From positions 228,119-292,118 of the forward strand of contig JAYPVM010000002.1 of assembly GCA_038134595.1 (NCBI GenBank): DNA of 64,000 bases, written 5' to 3'. The position numbers were made by a program, and so were the translations under genes. This DNA comes from Pseudomonadota bacterium. Lineage in GTDB: Bacteria > Bdellovibrionota_C > UBA2361 > OMII01. Position 1 is the first letter of the stretch, and every line of letters begins with the position of its first letter. Positions 19,989 through 29,154 of the stretch are shown in pieces. The notes beneath the pieces were generated by a model. The model saw only the letters and a program-made list of their open reading frames with translations. It was not told the origin of the DNA and ran no database searches.

Positions 19989-20669
19989 CTAATCGTTAAC
20001 GATCTTTTGTACTTCAATCGCCCGACTTCCATGCGCCGAAGGTGTTCGGATTGTTTTGGTAGTAGCACCTTCGGTCTCGCTCTCTGGTCTTGTCACACCA
20101 ATCCACTCCAGAAGCTGCCGTACAGGCGATCGACGATTTTCCTGATAGGAGATTAGCGACCGAATCGTTTGGGTCTCTGAGAGTAGAAGAATCTGATCTC
20201 TCTCAGATTTCTCTTCAAGCCGTTCGATTCTCTCTTGCAACCATGTCCGCTGGCTTTTGAGGTCAGCAATCTCTGAGTCTTTCGAGTCTAGGATGCGCTC
20301 TTGGATATCTATGAGGTTCTGGAGCCTTTGAAGCTCCCGCTCTTGGGACATGTCGGTAGTGGAGATTGAATGGTTGGTATCACCGTTGCCAGCTCCGGTG
20401 CATGTGCTCATCTCCTCTGTACGATGGGTGGTCGGTACTTCTTCAGAAACTGTGGTGGTGGTGTTCCTTGCGGCCTCACTTCGGATTTGCTCGTGAGTGT
20501 CAATGCCACCGAATATCTCAACAAGCTGCCTCCGTGAATAGAGCGGCTGACCGTCAACTGTGTCTGTAACCTCAAGATAGCCCGACTCCTTAAAGCGGCG
20601 AAGGGTTTTGGCGGAGACTCCAGCAAGGTCTGTAGCCTCTAGTTCTGTGCATGTGTCAGTTGTATTCAT
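19989..20669 (-). CDS. MerR-like HTH plus coiled-coil protein
   Basis: EATDLAGVSAKTLRRF; heptad stretch ELQRLQNLIDIQERILDSKDSEIADLK. Confidence 0.75.
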   Translation of the reverse strand: MNTTDTCTELEATDLAGVSAKTLRRFKESGYLEVTDTVDGQPLYSRRQLVEIFGGIDTHEQIRSEAARNTTTTVSEEVPTTHRTEEMSTCTGAGNGDTNHSISTTDMSQERELQRLQNLIDIQERILDSKDSEIADLKSQRTWLQERIERLEEKSERDQILLLSETQTIRSLISYQENRRSPVRQLLEWIGVTRPESETEGATTKTIRTPSAHGSRAIEVQKIVND

Positions 20670-20688
20670 TAAATTGCCCCTGAACTGC

Positions 20689-22203
20689 TTATTTTAGATA
20701 GTTTAACTCTCTGACTTCTAACATAGACGTTGAGCCCGGTGTCTGCGTGAGACGGCCTCCTGTAACAACGGAATGTGAGCCGTTTGGTAGTTGCTCCAAA
20801 GTTTGAACCACGCTAAGAGCTCTTTCTATTTCATCGTCGTGGCTTTCAGCAGACTCAAATTTACATGGTTTAACCCCCCAGTAAAGACCCATCTGGCGGA
20901 GTGTGGTTTCGTTTCTGGATACACCGTAAAGGGGTTGTTGTGGCCGATATTTCGCAGCTAGTCTAACCGACCGCCCGGTCTCAGTGCACGCTATAATTGC
21001 ATCTGCATTAGTCTTCACTGCTGCCGCACATGCCGCGTACGCTATAGCATCTGGAACCGTAAACGTGTCTTGGTTTCGAAGTCGAAGTTTGAACTCCTCA
21101 AATTCGAAAGTTTGCTCCGCAGCAAGAGCGATTCTACTAAGGTAGCCAACGCACTGAGCTGGATGCTCCCCGATGGCTGTTTCGTCAGAGAGCATTACCG
21201 CGTCTGCTCCGCTCATTACAGCGGCTGAGATGTCCGAGACTTCCGCCCGGGTTGGACGGACAGCTGTGATCATTGAGTGCATCATTTGTGTCGCAACGAT
21301 AACTGGGATGCCGCGGTAATTTCCCTCTTCGATGAGTCGTCGTTGTAACATCGGAAGTTGCTCGAGTGGAACTTCGAGACCGAGATCGCCGCGCGCTACC
21401 ATTAGCCCGTCTGCTGTCTGAGCTATCTCTTCTATGTTATCTAATGCGGCCCGTCTTTCGATTTTTGCTACAATATGAGCTGATGAACCTTTTTCGGTGA
21501 TGACGGCTCTCAGTTTTTTAATATCCTCTGCTGAACGAACAAACGAGATTGCCACGTAATCAACACCGTTTTCTATTCCCCAGTCAAGGTCTACCAGGTC
21601 CTTATCGGTGGTTGCAGGAAGGTTCACATCACTATCTGGAAAGGCTATCCCGACACGCGAACGAATCCGTCCTCCCTTTACCACAGTGCAGGTTACATGA
21701 TCGGATTCAACCGAATTTGCGACGAGCTCAATAAGCCCATCTGCGAGAAGAACCCGATGCCCAGACTCGAGAGTCTTCATTGGATTTACCGTTTCCACAT
21801 AGATGGTGTCAGCGTTTGATAATTCACCAGTGGAAACTTTTAAATTAATTGGACTTCCGTCTGTGATAGGGCAGAAGTTTCCCTCAACATTAGAGATCCT
21901 AATCTTTGGGCCTGAAAGATCCTGGAGGATTGCTACCCAAACCCCCATCTCTTTGGAGATTCGGCGAACGTCGGTAAGGACCGCGAGGTGCTCGTCGTGG
22001 CTGCCGTGAGAGAAGTTCAATCGGAATGTGTTGGCTCCAGCTTCAATAAGCGCTTGTATCTGCTCAGGGTCACGAGATGATGGCCCGAGGGTGGCGATAA
22101 TCTTCGTCTTTCGGTGATGAATGTCGTTTTCAGCTAATGGGCGCTCCCGTGTCCATAAGCGATCAATTAACGTTTTAAAGCTGTGTGATGATTCCAAGTT
22201 CAT
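20689..22203 (-). CDS. pyk: Pyruvate kinase
   Basis: KTKIIATLGPSS, RLNFSHG, DLSGPKIR, MVARGDLG, ATQM, PTRAEVSD. Confidence 0.97.
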   Translation of the reverse strand: MNLESSHSFKTLIDRLWTRERPLAENDIHHRKTKIIATLGPSSRDPEQIQALIEAGANTFRLNFSHGSHDEHLAVLTDVRRISKEMGVWVAILQDLSGPKIRISNVEGNFCPITDGSPINLKVSTGELSNADTIYVETVNPMKTLESGHRVLLADGLIELVANSVESDHVTCTVVKGGRIRSRVGIAFPDSDVNLPATTDKDLVDLDWGIENGVDYVAISFVRSAEDIKKLRAVITEKGSSAHIVAKIERRAALDNIEEIAQTADGLMVARGDLGLEVPLEQLPMLQRRLIEEGNYRGIPVIVATQMMHSMITAVRPTRAEVSDISAAVMSGADAVMLSDETAIGEHPAQCVGYLSRIALAAEQTFEFEEFKLRLRNQDTFTVPDAIAYAACAAAVKTNADAIIACTETGRSVRLAAKYRPQQPLYGVSRNETTLRQMGLYWGVKPCKFESAESHDDEIERALSVVQTLEQLPNGSHSVVTGGRLTQTPGSTSMLEVRELNYLK

Positions 22204-22609
22204 GAGGTTCCTCTAAAAGGCTTACAAAATAAGAGAGCCCAAACGGCAGAGTCGTCTGTCCGATATACGGGCTAGTACCAGGTATTTAGCACAGATTCTT
22301 GAATGAGTCATGTCACCAATATCCGGCATTTTCGGGAGGATATGAGGGTGAGCCTTGATCAGGTGCGAAAAGCCCCTTCTGCCAGTGTGAGCAGGAGGAC
22401 CTTTCTGCGACTCCATCGTTGTTTATTGTTACCCTAGGCGAAATAGTCACGAAAGGTGACCATATTTATGTAATTCGGTGATAAATTTGGAACTTTTCGC
22501 CGGGGGGGTAACATCTAATTCATATAGGCAGAGCTAGGCTTTGTTACTGCCGCGAATCTAACGTATTGGATTAAATGACGAAGTTAACGCGAGTATTTAA
22601 CACGTAGCA

Positions 22610-23467
22610 ATGGATATGAGCATATCGAAAGAAGCAAGCGAGCGTCGGGATGAAACCTATCTCACAAAACAGGTCCTTCTCAATGGGCAATTCGTGACGC
22701 TTTATAGCAGCAATGGGCAAACCTGGCTGTCTTCACCGGAGGATATTCCAGGGCTCATGGATCGACTAGACCACGAGCGAACCTCTCTGTTTAATGGAGA
22801 ACGGGGGGAAGAAAAAGAGGCTAAGACGGAGAACGGGGAGGATTCTAAACAAAAATCCGCGCCTCAACCTGCAAAATATCGCTCGAAAGGTCCAAAACCC
22901 CGACCGATCTTGGAGCAAAACGGTAAAGTTTTTACCGCTCCACCGGTTGAACCTGTCTCGGCGTCGGAGGTGGTAATGGCCTTTTCAAGTGACCCAGTGC
23001 CCGCCGAGTCCAAAAAGCCCAGTAAGGCCAAACGAAAAAAACCCGTCACAAAAGCGGAGATGAAAAAGTTGTTAACAGAAGTTACTTCCGACCCTAAAGA
23101 CAAAAAGCCGAGCAGTAAAGCTCGTGCCTCGGCGAAGAAAACAAAAAGCTCAAAGGCAAAATCCGCCAAAGGGACTTCGAAGAAGGCTGCTACTACAAAG
23201 GTATCAAAGACAAAAAAATCGTCGCAAATAAGCGGCAAGGCAAAGCAGACGGTAAAAATAACGACGAAGTCGGCCACCGCTAGTAAGAAAAAACCCTCAA
23301 GCAAAAAAAAGGTTGCGACGGTAAAGAAAACTACCGCAAAAAAACCAGCAACTCAGAAGAAGACTGCGGCGAAGAAAAAAAGCACCAAGACAGCTCAGCG
23401 TTCTAAGGCTGAAAAGCCAGTCGCTAAGAAGCCAGCAACAAAGCGAAGTCGTCAGAAGAAGAGTTAA
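22610..23467 (+). CDS. Protein with a histone H1-like Lys/Ala/Ser/Thr-rich tail
   Basis: C-terminal half of KKTTAKKPAT-type repeats; short globular-looking N-terminus. Confidence 0.8.
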   Translation: MDMSISKEASERRDETYLTKQVLLNGQFVTLYSSNGQTWLSSPEDIPGLMDRLDHERTSLFNGERGEEKEAKTENGEDSKQKSAPQPAKYRSKGPKPRPILEQNGKVFTAPPVEPVSASEVVMAFSSDPVPAESKKPSKAKRKKPVTKAEMKKLLTEVTSDPKDKKPSSKARASAKKTKSSKAKSAKGTSKKAATTKVSKTKKSSQISGKAKQTVKITTKSATASKKKPSSKKKVATVKKTTAKKPATQKKTAAKKKSTKTAQRSKAEKPVAKKPATKRSRQKKS

Positions 23468-23549
23468 GGGTTTCGTAATACCGATATTGGATTGACTACA
23501 CCGACACAATAGTTAATCCTGATTACTAGTACGACCTGGGCACACGTGT

Positions 23550-24047
23550 ATGACATATATTGAAAAGCACCTCATGGATGATGAAGACCTCAAGCACATT
23601 ACGAGGCTTCATCCTATCGTGCTATTGACTCCTGCTATGGTAGTCTCACTTCTGGCTGGTTTCTTAATGATTACTGCTGAGTACCCTCCCGCTTGGTGGA
23701 CCGTTCTCGTTATAGTACTGCTTGCAACGATAAAACTAGTCGATCGGATCATCCTCCACTTAACATCAGAATTCGGCGTAACCTCTAAGCGGGTGCTTGG
23801 GAAGACGGGTCTAATCCGTCTAAACACGGTTGATATTGTTCTTGCTAAGGTGGAAGCGATCAGAATTCGGCAGAGCATATTGGGAAGGATATTCGACTTT
23901 GGTGATGTTTTAGTCACTGGGACCGGGGGAACCGTAGAGGTTCTTAAGTTTATTCCTGACCCTGTATTTTTTAGTACCTGTGTGCAGGAAGAGCTCTCCG
24001 ATGGCGTAGAGTCTAGATCTGAAAGTGTGCAGTCTTCTGGCCGGTAA
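23550..24047 (+). CDS. Membrane protein with bacterial PH (bPH_2) domain
   Basis: Two TM helices then TSEFGVTSKRV..KTGLI..QSILGRIFDFGDV. Confidence 0.85.
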   Translation: MTYIEKHLMDDEDLKHITRLHPIVLLTPAMVVSLLAGFLMITAEYPPAWWTVLVIVLLATIKLVDRIILHLTSEFGVTSKRVLGKTGLIRLNTVDIVLAKVEAIRIRQSILGRIFDFGDVLVTGTGGTVEVLKFIPDPVFFSTCVQEELSDGVESRSESVQSSGR

Positions 24048-24101
24048 CGCGTCTCGTTTCTTCTTCTTCTTCTTTTCTCGTGGGTCATCTTAAGGCCTTT
24101 T
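23628..24101 (+). repeat. Direct repeat copy 1 (474 bp: 3' part of the PH-domain gene plus downstream DNA)
   Basis: Aligns to 26072-26569 from ACTCCTGCTATGG to AAGGCCTTTT; about 28 substitutions and one 24 bp TTC length difference (counted by eye). Confidence 0.95.
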
Positions 24102-25713
24102 ATTGCTAGGAAAACCAATTGCTTTTTTGCAAGTAGTTGATGTGCGGCAGGCCAACTGGCCGAGAGGTCGTTCTAGGGGTGAGGTCTGAGCCCGAATGGG
24201 GAGCTTTGAGCTCCAGGGAAGGGTTTCAACAGTCCAAGGAGGGCTGAAGATGTACTGCTAAGTCGCGAAAATGGCATCACGGATAGACCTCTCCCGCTCC
24301 GTCACCAAGAAATCGGATTTTAGAAGTCATCAGGCGCCGGCTCGAATGAGTCGTACGAGGGAAGTTCATCGATAGCCTCTACGGTGTCGATGAACTTTGG
24401 AATAGGAGGAGGCGCTTGACCTTGAGCCTTCATGATGTCTTTGATTGAGTGCGCGTCTTGGATGAAAGCGATGATGCGCATCTGTGCTTTACACTTGGGA
24501 CACTCCAAGGGGTCTATCTCGTAGATTCTCTTTATGCACGCGGCCCAACTACTCCTAAGGGACTCCCGCCGATAGTCACTCTCCGTTTCTTCAGCTGGAG
24601 GAGCGAGCTTAGCGCGCTCCCCCCTTCGTCTACACGAATACCGCCCGTAGTATCGTGTGATGCTTTCGTAGGTTTTCGGGATATGAACTGAGAGCGCTGC
24701 CAAAAACTCCAGAGCGTCAAACTCGTGAGCGGCGCCGTCTTTAGTGGTGTAGGTCACGATGTCATCTTGTATAGAGAGCTTCTCAAGGGATAGGGGAGCT
24801 CGCTCGATGTAGCGAGCGACGAACTGCTCGCTCTCTTTGTCGTGGAAGGGGTCTCCTAGCCAGACGCCAAAGCCAGTGTGATCCTGAGAGAGGATCTGCG
24901 CTACGTCATCGTCAGTGATAAGCTCTTGCTTGTGGAGCTGCGCGAGGACACGTTCAGCGAAGGCATCCTCTATGGCTTTAACGTCTACCTCCGCAAACCT
25001 GGTGAAGACGCCGTCCTTCCAGTATCCGTCTGCGAGAAGTCCGTGAAGGTGGGGGTGATAATTGAGAGCTTCCCCGGCAGTTTGCACGGTGAAGATAGCG
25101 GCTAGTTCGCGCTCATCGATACCGAGCACCTGAGAGAGCGCCCCCCAAGCGGCGCGAAAGAGGATGGAGTTGAGCTTGCGGTCGTACTTAAAGAAGACTC
25201 GCAAGCGTTTGGGGATGGTGAAGACGGTGTGGCGATGGGGTACGTCCTCGATCACTTCGTTGTAGATATGCTCGGCGAACTTCACTGCCCGCTTAGCTCC
25301 GCAGGATGGGCACACCCCACGGCGCTTGCAGGAGAAGGCGATAAGGAGGGAGTGCTTGCATCCGTCGCAGTATACCCGAGCGGCACCGTGAGAGAGCATG
25401 CCGCAGTTAAGGTACTCGTCGAAGGTTTTTAGCACCTCGTCGCGTAAGCACCCATACTGATGCTGGAACCGTGCCTCCCACTGGAATTGTAGGTCATCCC
25501 GAGAGTGGTAGACGATCTGGTAGAGGGAAGAGGTTTCTGGGGAGCGTCTCCTGTAGTGTTGGAGCCTCTCCTTTGCCTTCTCCCAGGAGTAGCGCCTTCA
25601 GCATGCAGGCTGGTTCGGGGAGGTGAGGCTAGGAGTTGTGTTGGAGTTGTGGAGGATTGCGGAAAGGGATTTAGGTCAGGTTTCAGAGAGGGCTAACAAC
25701 AGTTATGGGTCCC
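24102..25713 (-). mobile_element. IS91/ISCR-like rolling-circle element (ends approximate)
   Basis: HUH transposase gene; oriIS-like AAAAGCAATTGGTTTTCCTAGC (minus strand) downstream of tnp at the repeat junction; no terminal inverted repeats or short target duplication seen. Confidence 0.8.
24320..25604 (-). CDS. IS91/ISCR-family HUH transposase with Zn-binding domain; probable frameshift near the N-terminus
   Basis: CDGC..FSCKRRGVCPSC, HPHLH, single Tyr in ARYIERAP, DPLECPKC. The frame extends upstream of 25435 (YRRRSPETSSLYQIV) without a start codon; ATG 25604 is in another frame. Confidence 0.88.
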
Positions 25714-25750
25714 GGCTGGATTTGCGCATGGATTTTTGGTGCTCTCCGAT

Positions 25751-26068
25751 TCAGCTGATGTGTTTGTGGTGATTTTGTGACTCATGCACATGCTTTACGT
25801 CCAGTACGGTTGAAAGCGTTGGATGCTTGTCTAGGCCCATATCAGCAAGTAGTCCTTGGAGGAGTTCTCCCAGCTCGTTATCTCTATAATAGATAATAAT
25901 TAGCTTATGGTCGTCTAGCTGAACTTCGCAAGGAGTATCATCAGTAGGTGAAAACGCATACGCATGATGCCCATCATTTAACAGAAGGTCTTTAAACGAA
26001 TCGAGTGTTTGTTCGATTTTTTTCTCGGTACACTCTCGCCTATTTTGGACGTGCGCTGGGTATGTTGA
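25751..26068 (-). pseudogene. 5'-truncated gene fragment (105 codons), hypothetical protein; not in the ORF track
   Basis: Manual translation ..FKDLLLNDGHHAYAF..CEVQLDDHKLIIIYYRD..KHIS*; an in-frame TGA sits at the junction with repeat copy 2. Confidence 0.65.
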
Positions 26069-26080
26069 TCAACTCCTGCT

Positions 26081-26491
26081 ATGGTAGTCTCGCTTCTGGC
26101 TGGGTTCTTAATGATTACAGCCGAATATCCCCCCGCTTGGTGGACCGTTCTGGTTATAGTATTGCTTGCAACGATAAAGCTAGTCGATAGGATCATCCTC
26201 CACTTAACATCAGAATTCGGCATAACCTCAAAGCGAGTTCTTGGAAAGACGGGACTAATCCGCTTAAATACGGTTGATATTGTTCTTGCTAAGGTGGAAG
26301 CGATCAGAATTCGACAGAGCATATTGGGAAGGATCTTCGACTTTGGTGATGTTTTAGTCACTGGGACCGGGGGAACCGTAGAGGTTCTTAAGTTTATTCC
26401 TGACCCTGTATTTTTCAGTACCTGTGTGCAGGAAGAGCTCTCCGATGGCGTAGAATCTAGATCTGAAAGTGCGCAGTCTTCTGGTCGGTAA
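26081..26491 (+). pseudogene. 5'-truncated second copy of the PH-domain membrane protein gene
   Basis: Homology starts at about codon 27 of 23550..24047; only V>I and V>A differ in the protein. Confidence 0.85.
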
Positions 26492-26501
26492 CGTGCCTCG
26501 T

Positions 26502-26540
26502 TTCTTCTTCTTCTTCTTCTTCTTCTTCTTCTTCTTCTTC
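26502..26540 (+). repeat. (TTC)13 microsatellite
   Basis: 39 nt perfect trinucleotide run; the equivalent at 24058-24072 is (TTC)5. Confidence 0.95.
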
Positions 26541-26806
26541 TTTTCTCGTGGGTCATCTTAAGGCCTTTTCTCGCAGCTTAAACAACTTTACTGGCGCGAT
26601 TTCGATTACATCTCTGGAAAGAGATCCATGGACTAGAATGAGTTGTTGAGCGTCTGATCAAATTTTCTGTAGCTACGAATGTAACAGATGGGCCAAAGAG
26701 GTAACGAGAAGCTCTCTGCGGATTTGAACTGATGAGCAAAGGGATAAGGTTCTATGAAGTCCTTGTGGTTAGCTCTTCCATTGCTTTAATCTCACTGGAG
26801 GTGTCG

Positions 26807-27820
26807 ATGTCAAATTCATTAGAGTCGTTGCGGCGGGCGATCTGTGTTTCAGGATTGTCTCCATCTACGCGGTTTTCACTCACAAAAAAAGTACTCGATG
26901 ATGGCAACTGGGATTCAACCGAAGGCATTATCGCCTTATCCGAATTGCGGGAGGCCGATGAGGTAATAGAAAGCTGTCAACGCCTGCAGATTCTATCGAT
27001 TCCGATCACTGATGTGCGGTATCCGCGGAGTTTGGCAGAGAGTGATGCACCACCTTCTGTTATTTATGTGAAGGGCTCGCTGACGGCAACTAGGCAAAAG
27101 TTGTCAATTGGGGTCGTGGGCGCACGTGCCGCAACAGTCGAATCATGCAATCGGGTGACTGAGATTGCAGAGGTGTTGGCTCGCAGTGACGTTTGCATTG
27201 TAAGCGGGCTCGCCTTGGGGGTCGACGGAGCGGCGCATAGAGGAGCGCTCAGAAGCCTTCAGGACGGGGCAACGATAGCGGTTATGGCGCATGGCCTCGA
27301 CATCCTTTATCCGGCTAGTCACAACAGATTAGGCCAACGCATTGTGGATGGTGGGGGAGCTCTAATCTCGGAGTATCCACCCGGCACCAAGCCTCTTAAG
27401 CATCATTTTCTGGCGCGAAATCGAATTATAGCGGGACTCTCAAGCGGCGTGGTCGTCGCAGAGGCGGGCGCTCGAAGCGGTAGTCTCGTAACCGCTCAAT
27501 ATGCACTCGATAGTGGCCGAGACGTCTTCGCTCTAATTGCGCCTGAGGGCCCAGAACAAACAGACGGATGTAAGAGCTTAATCGACCAGGGCGCTATTCC
27601 TGTAACTTCTGCGGCTGGGATCCTCCGCGAGTACAAGATGCAAGTACAAGGCGAGGTCGCACATGCATCTAATGTTCGAAAAGTCGTAATGGGCCTAGGG
27701 GCATTTATGGAGATTACAGGAGTGAGCTTTCACGAACTGCTTCGATTAGAGCTCGATGGAATAATAGAACGCACCGCAGGTAATAGTGTAAAAGTATCTG
27801 CCGCACTGGTAGGTTTATAA
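26807..27820 (+). CDS. dprA: DNA-processing protein DprA/Smf
   Basis: VVGAR, VSGLALGVDGAAH, SEYPPG, FLARNRIIAGLS, EAGARSGS; GGAGG precedes ATG 26807. Confidence 0.93.
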   Translation: MSNSLESLRRAICVSGLSPSTRFSLTKKVLDDGNWDSTEGIIALSELREADEVIESCQRLQILSIPITDVRYPRSLAESDAPPSVIYVKGSLTATRQKLSIGVVGARAATVESCNRVTEIAEVLARSDVCIVSGLALGVDGAAHRGALRSLQDGATIAVMAHGLDILYPASHNRLGQRIVDGGGALISEYPPGTKPLKHHFLARNRIIAGLSSGVVVAEAGARSGSLVTAQYALDSGRDVFALIAPEGPEQTDGCKSLIDQGAIPVTSAAGILREYKMQVQGEVAHASNVRKVVMGLGAFMEITGVSFHELLRLELDGIIERTAGNSVKVSAALVGL

Positions 27821-28060
27821 ATGACATTATTTCTAAAAAATCCCGAGCCTCTAGGCTGCCTTCAATTAGACTGATGAGGCTTGAGCGGGTTAATTCGTTG
27901 ATTTTAAGTTGCTGGCTTACGTTACGTAGTTGGCTCGATTTTTCCTCCGGTAATCTTTGCGGCGATGATTAAGTAAATCTTCGATTGCGCTTGCTGAAAG
28001 AGAAACAGGCGCGTTGTGAGCTGGTTTCGCCAAGTTGAAGTGATGGGCTGTTATGTGAAA

Positions 28061-28137
28061 TGGGGTGGCTGATGGGGCTTGAACCCACGACCCTCGGAAC
28101 CACAATCCGATGCTCTACCAACTGAGCTACAACCACC
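28061..28137 (-). tRNA. tRNA-His (GTG)
   Basis: GGTGGTTGTAGCTCAGTTGGTAGAGCATCGGATTGTGGTTCCGAGGGTCGTGGGTTCAAGCCCCATCAGCCACCCCA; G-1, anticodon GTG, encoded CCA. Confidence 0.97.
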
Positions 28138-28333
28138 GTAAAGGACTAGAAAGAAAAGCTCTCTCCAGAATCGAAGGGTACTTTAACCTTTGGCCTGAGT
28201 CAAGATTGTGGCTGTTTTCGGGGAGGGAATTGACCGATTCTAATTGGAGAGCCGGATGTCTTATGTTTGAGTGTTTTTAGGGTGGCCCTTTTGATGGTAG
28301 GATTGTTAGGACTAATCCGCCTTGGGGCCTGGT

Positions 28334-29014
28334 ATGAATATTAATAGGTTACATAGGAGCCAGAATTTTTCGAATGTAGAGATCGCTGTATCTCATGTGG
28401 TTATTCATGGAACTGGGATTGATTGTTCACGCACTATTGAAATTCTTACAGGGGCTGAGCATCAGGTTTCTGCTCATTTGGTAATAGACCGGGATGGTAC
28501 TGTTTATGAATTGGTTTCCTGTCTTGAGGGTCGCGCTTTACGGGCGTGGCATGCTGGAATCAGTCGATGGTTTATTGTTAAAGATGGTAAGAAGTCGCAG
28601 CTGGAGCGATTTAATGATTTCTCAATAGGAATTGAATTAGTAAACCTGAATGGTAACGTTTTCCCTTACACGGAAGCGCAATACCAAAGCCTTTTTGAAG
28701 TTCTTAAACGTCTACGGGAGCATTATCCAGCGCTTGATGATCCTGATAGTATTGTTGGACACGAGCAGATTGCTGGATTTCGAGGTAAGATTGACCCAGG
28801 ACTGAAGTTTGATTGGAGTCGGTTGTTTCGAGAATCTTACCCGCAGCAGCCTTCGCCGGAGAGGGCGCCGAGATTACCAGAAGAGGTTGTTGCCGTCTTG
28901 GCGGGGGTATACAGCGCAGCTGGGCTCGCAAGGCATCCTGAGGGCGGGATTTCAGAGGATCGTAACGACCTATGCCAGCGGCTTAGCTCGTTGTTAGAAA
29001 AGCTTTTACAATAG
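28334..29014 (+). CDS. ampD: N-acetylmuramoyl-L-alanine amidase (Amidase_2, AmpD-like)
   Basis: VVIHGT, VSAHLVIDRDG, RAWHAG, NDFSIGIEL, GHEQIA, KIDPG. Confidence 0.85.
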   Translation: MNINRLHRSQNFSNVEIAVSHVVIHGTGIDCSRTIEILTGAEHQVSAHLVIDRDGTVYELVSCLEGRALRAWHAGISRWFIVKDGKKSQLERFNDFSIGIELVNLNGNVFPYTEAQYQSLFEVLKRLREHYPALDDPDSIVGHEQIAGFRGKIDPGLKFDWSRLFRESYPQQPSPERAPRLPEEVVAVLAGVYSAAGLARHPEGGISEDRNDLCQRLSSLLEKLLQ

Positions 29015-29154
29015 AGGAATTGCGCCATTGTTTTTTTGGGACAGAGGGGAGTTGACATCTCTTGTTTACTGGTTAAGGATCGAGGCTAAATAGACGGGCT
29101 TCAAATATCAAGGCTCCCGGAGATGGTAAGGTAATATTTTAACGCGAGTGTTTC

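Larger units (their letters stand above)
26072..26569 (+). repeat. Direct repeat copy 2 (498 bp)
   Basis: See copy 1; carries (TTC)13 versus (TTC)5. Confidence 0.95.

Noticed and set aside
22436..22465. c-di-GMP-I riboswitch (GGCGAAA..GTCAC-GAAAG-GTGAC)
   Set aside because: Lacks the following GACGCAAA and the second stem; only a short hairpin
23609..26556. Poly-Arg minus-strand ORFs (23609..24118 and 25978..26556)
   Set aside because: Antisense to the PH-domain gene; the Arg runs come from the TTC microsatellite, and substitutions are synonymous in the plus frame
23628..26569. Direct repeats as a target-site duplication
   Set aside because: Far too long and about 6% diverged; IS91-family elements do not make target duplications
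27820..28137. Genomic island integrated at tRNA-His
   Set aside because: No integrase and no duplicated tRNA 3' end seen in the window
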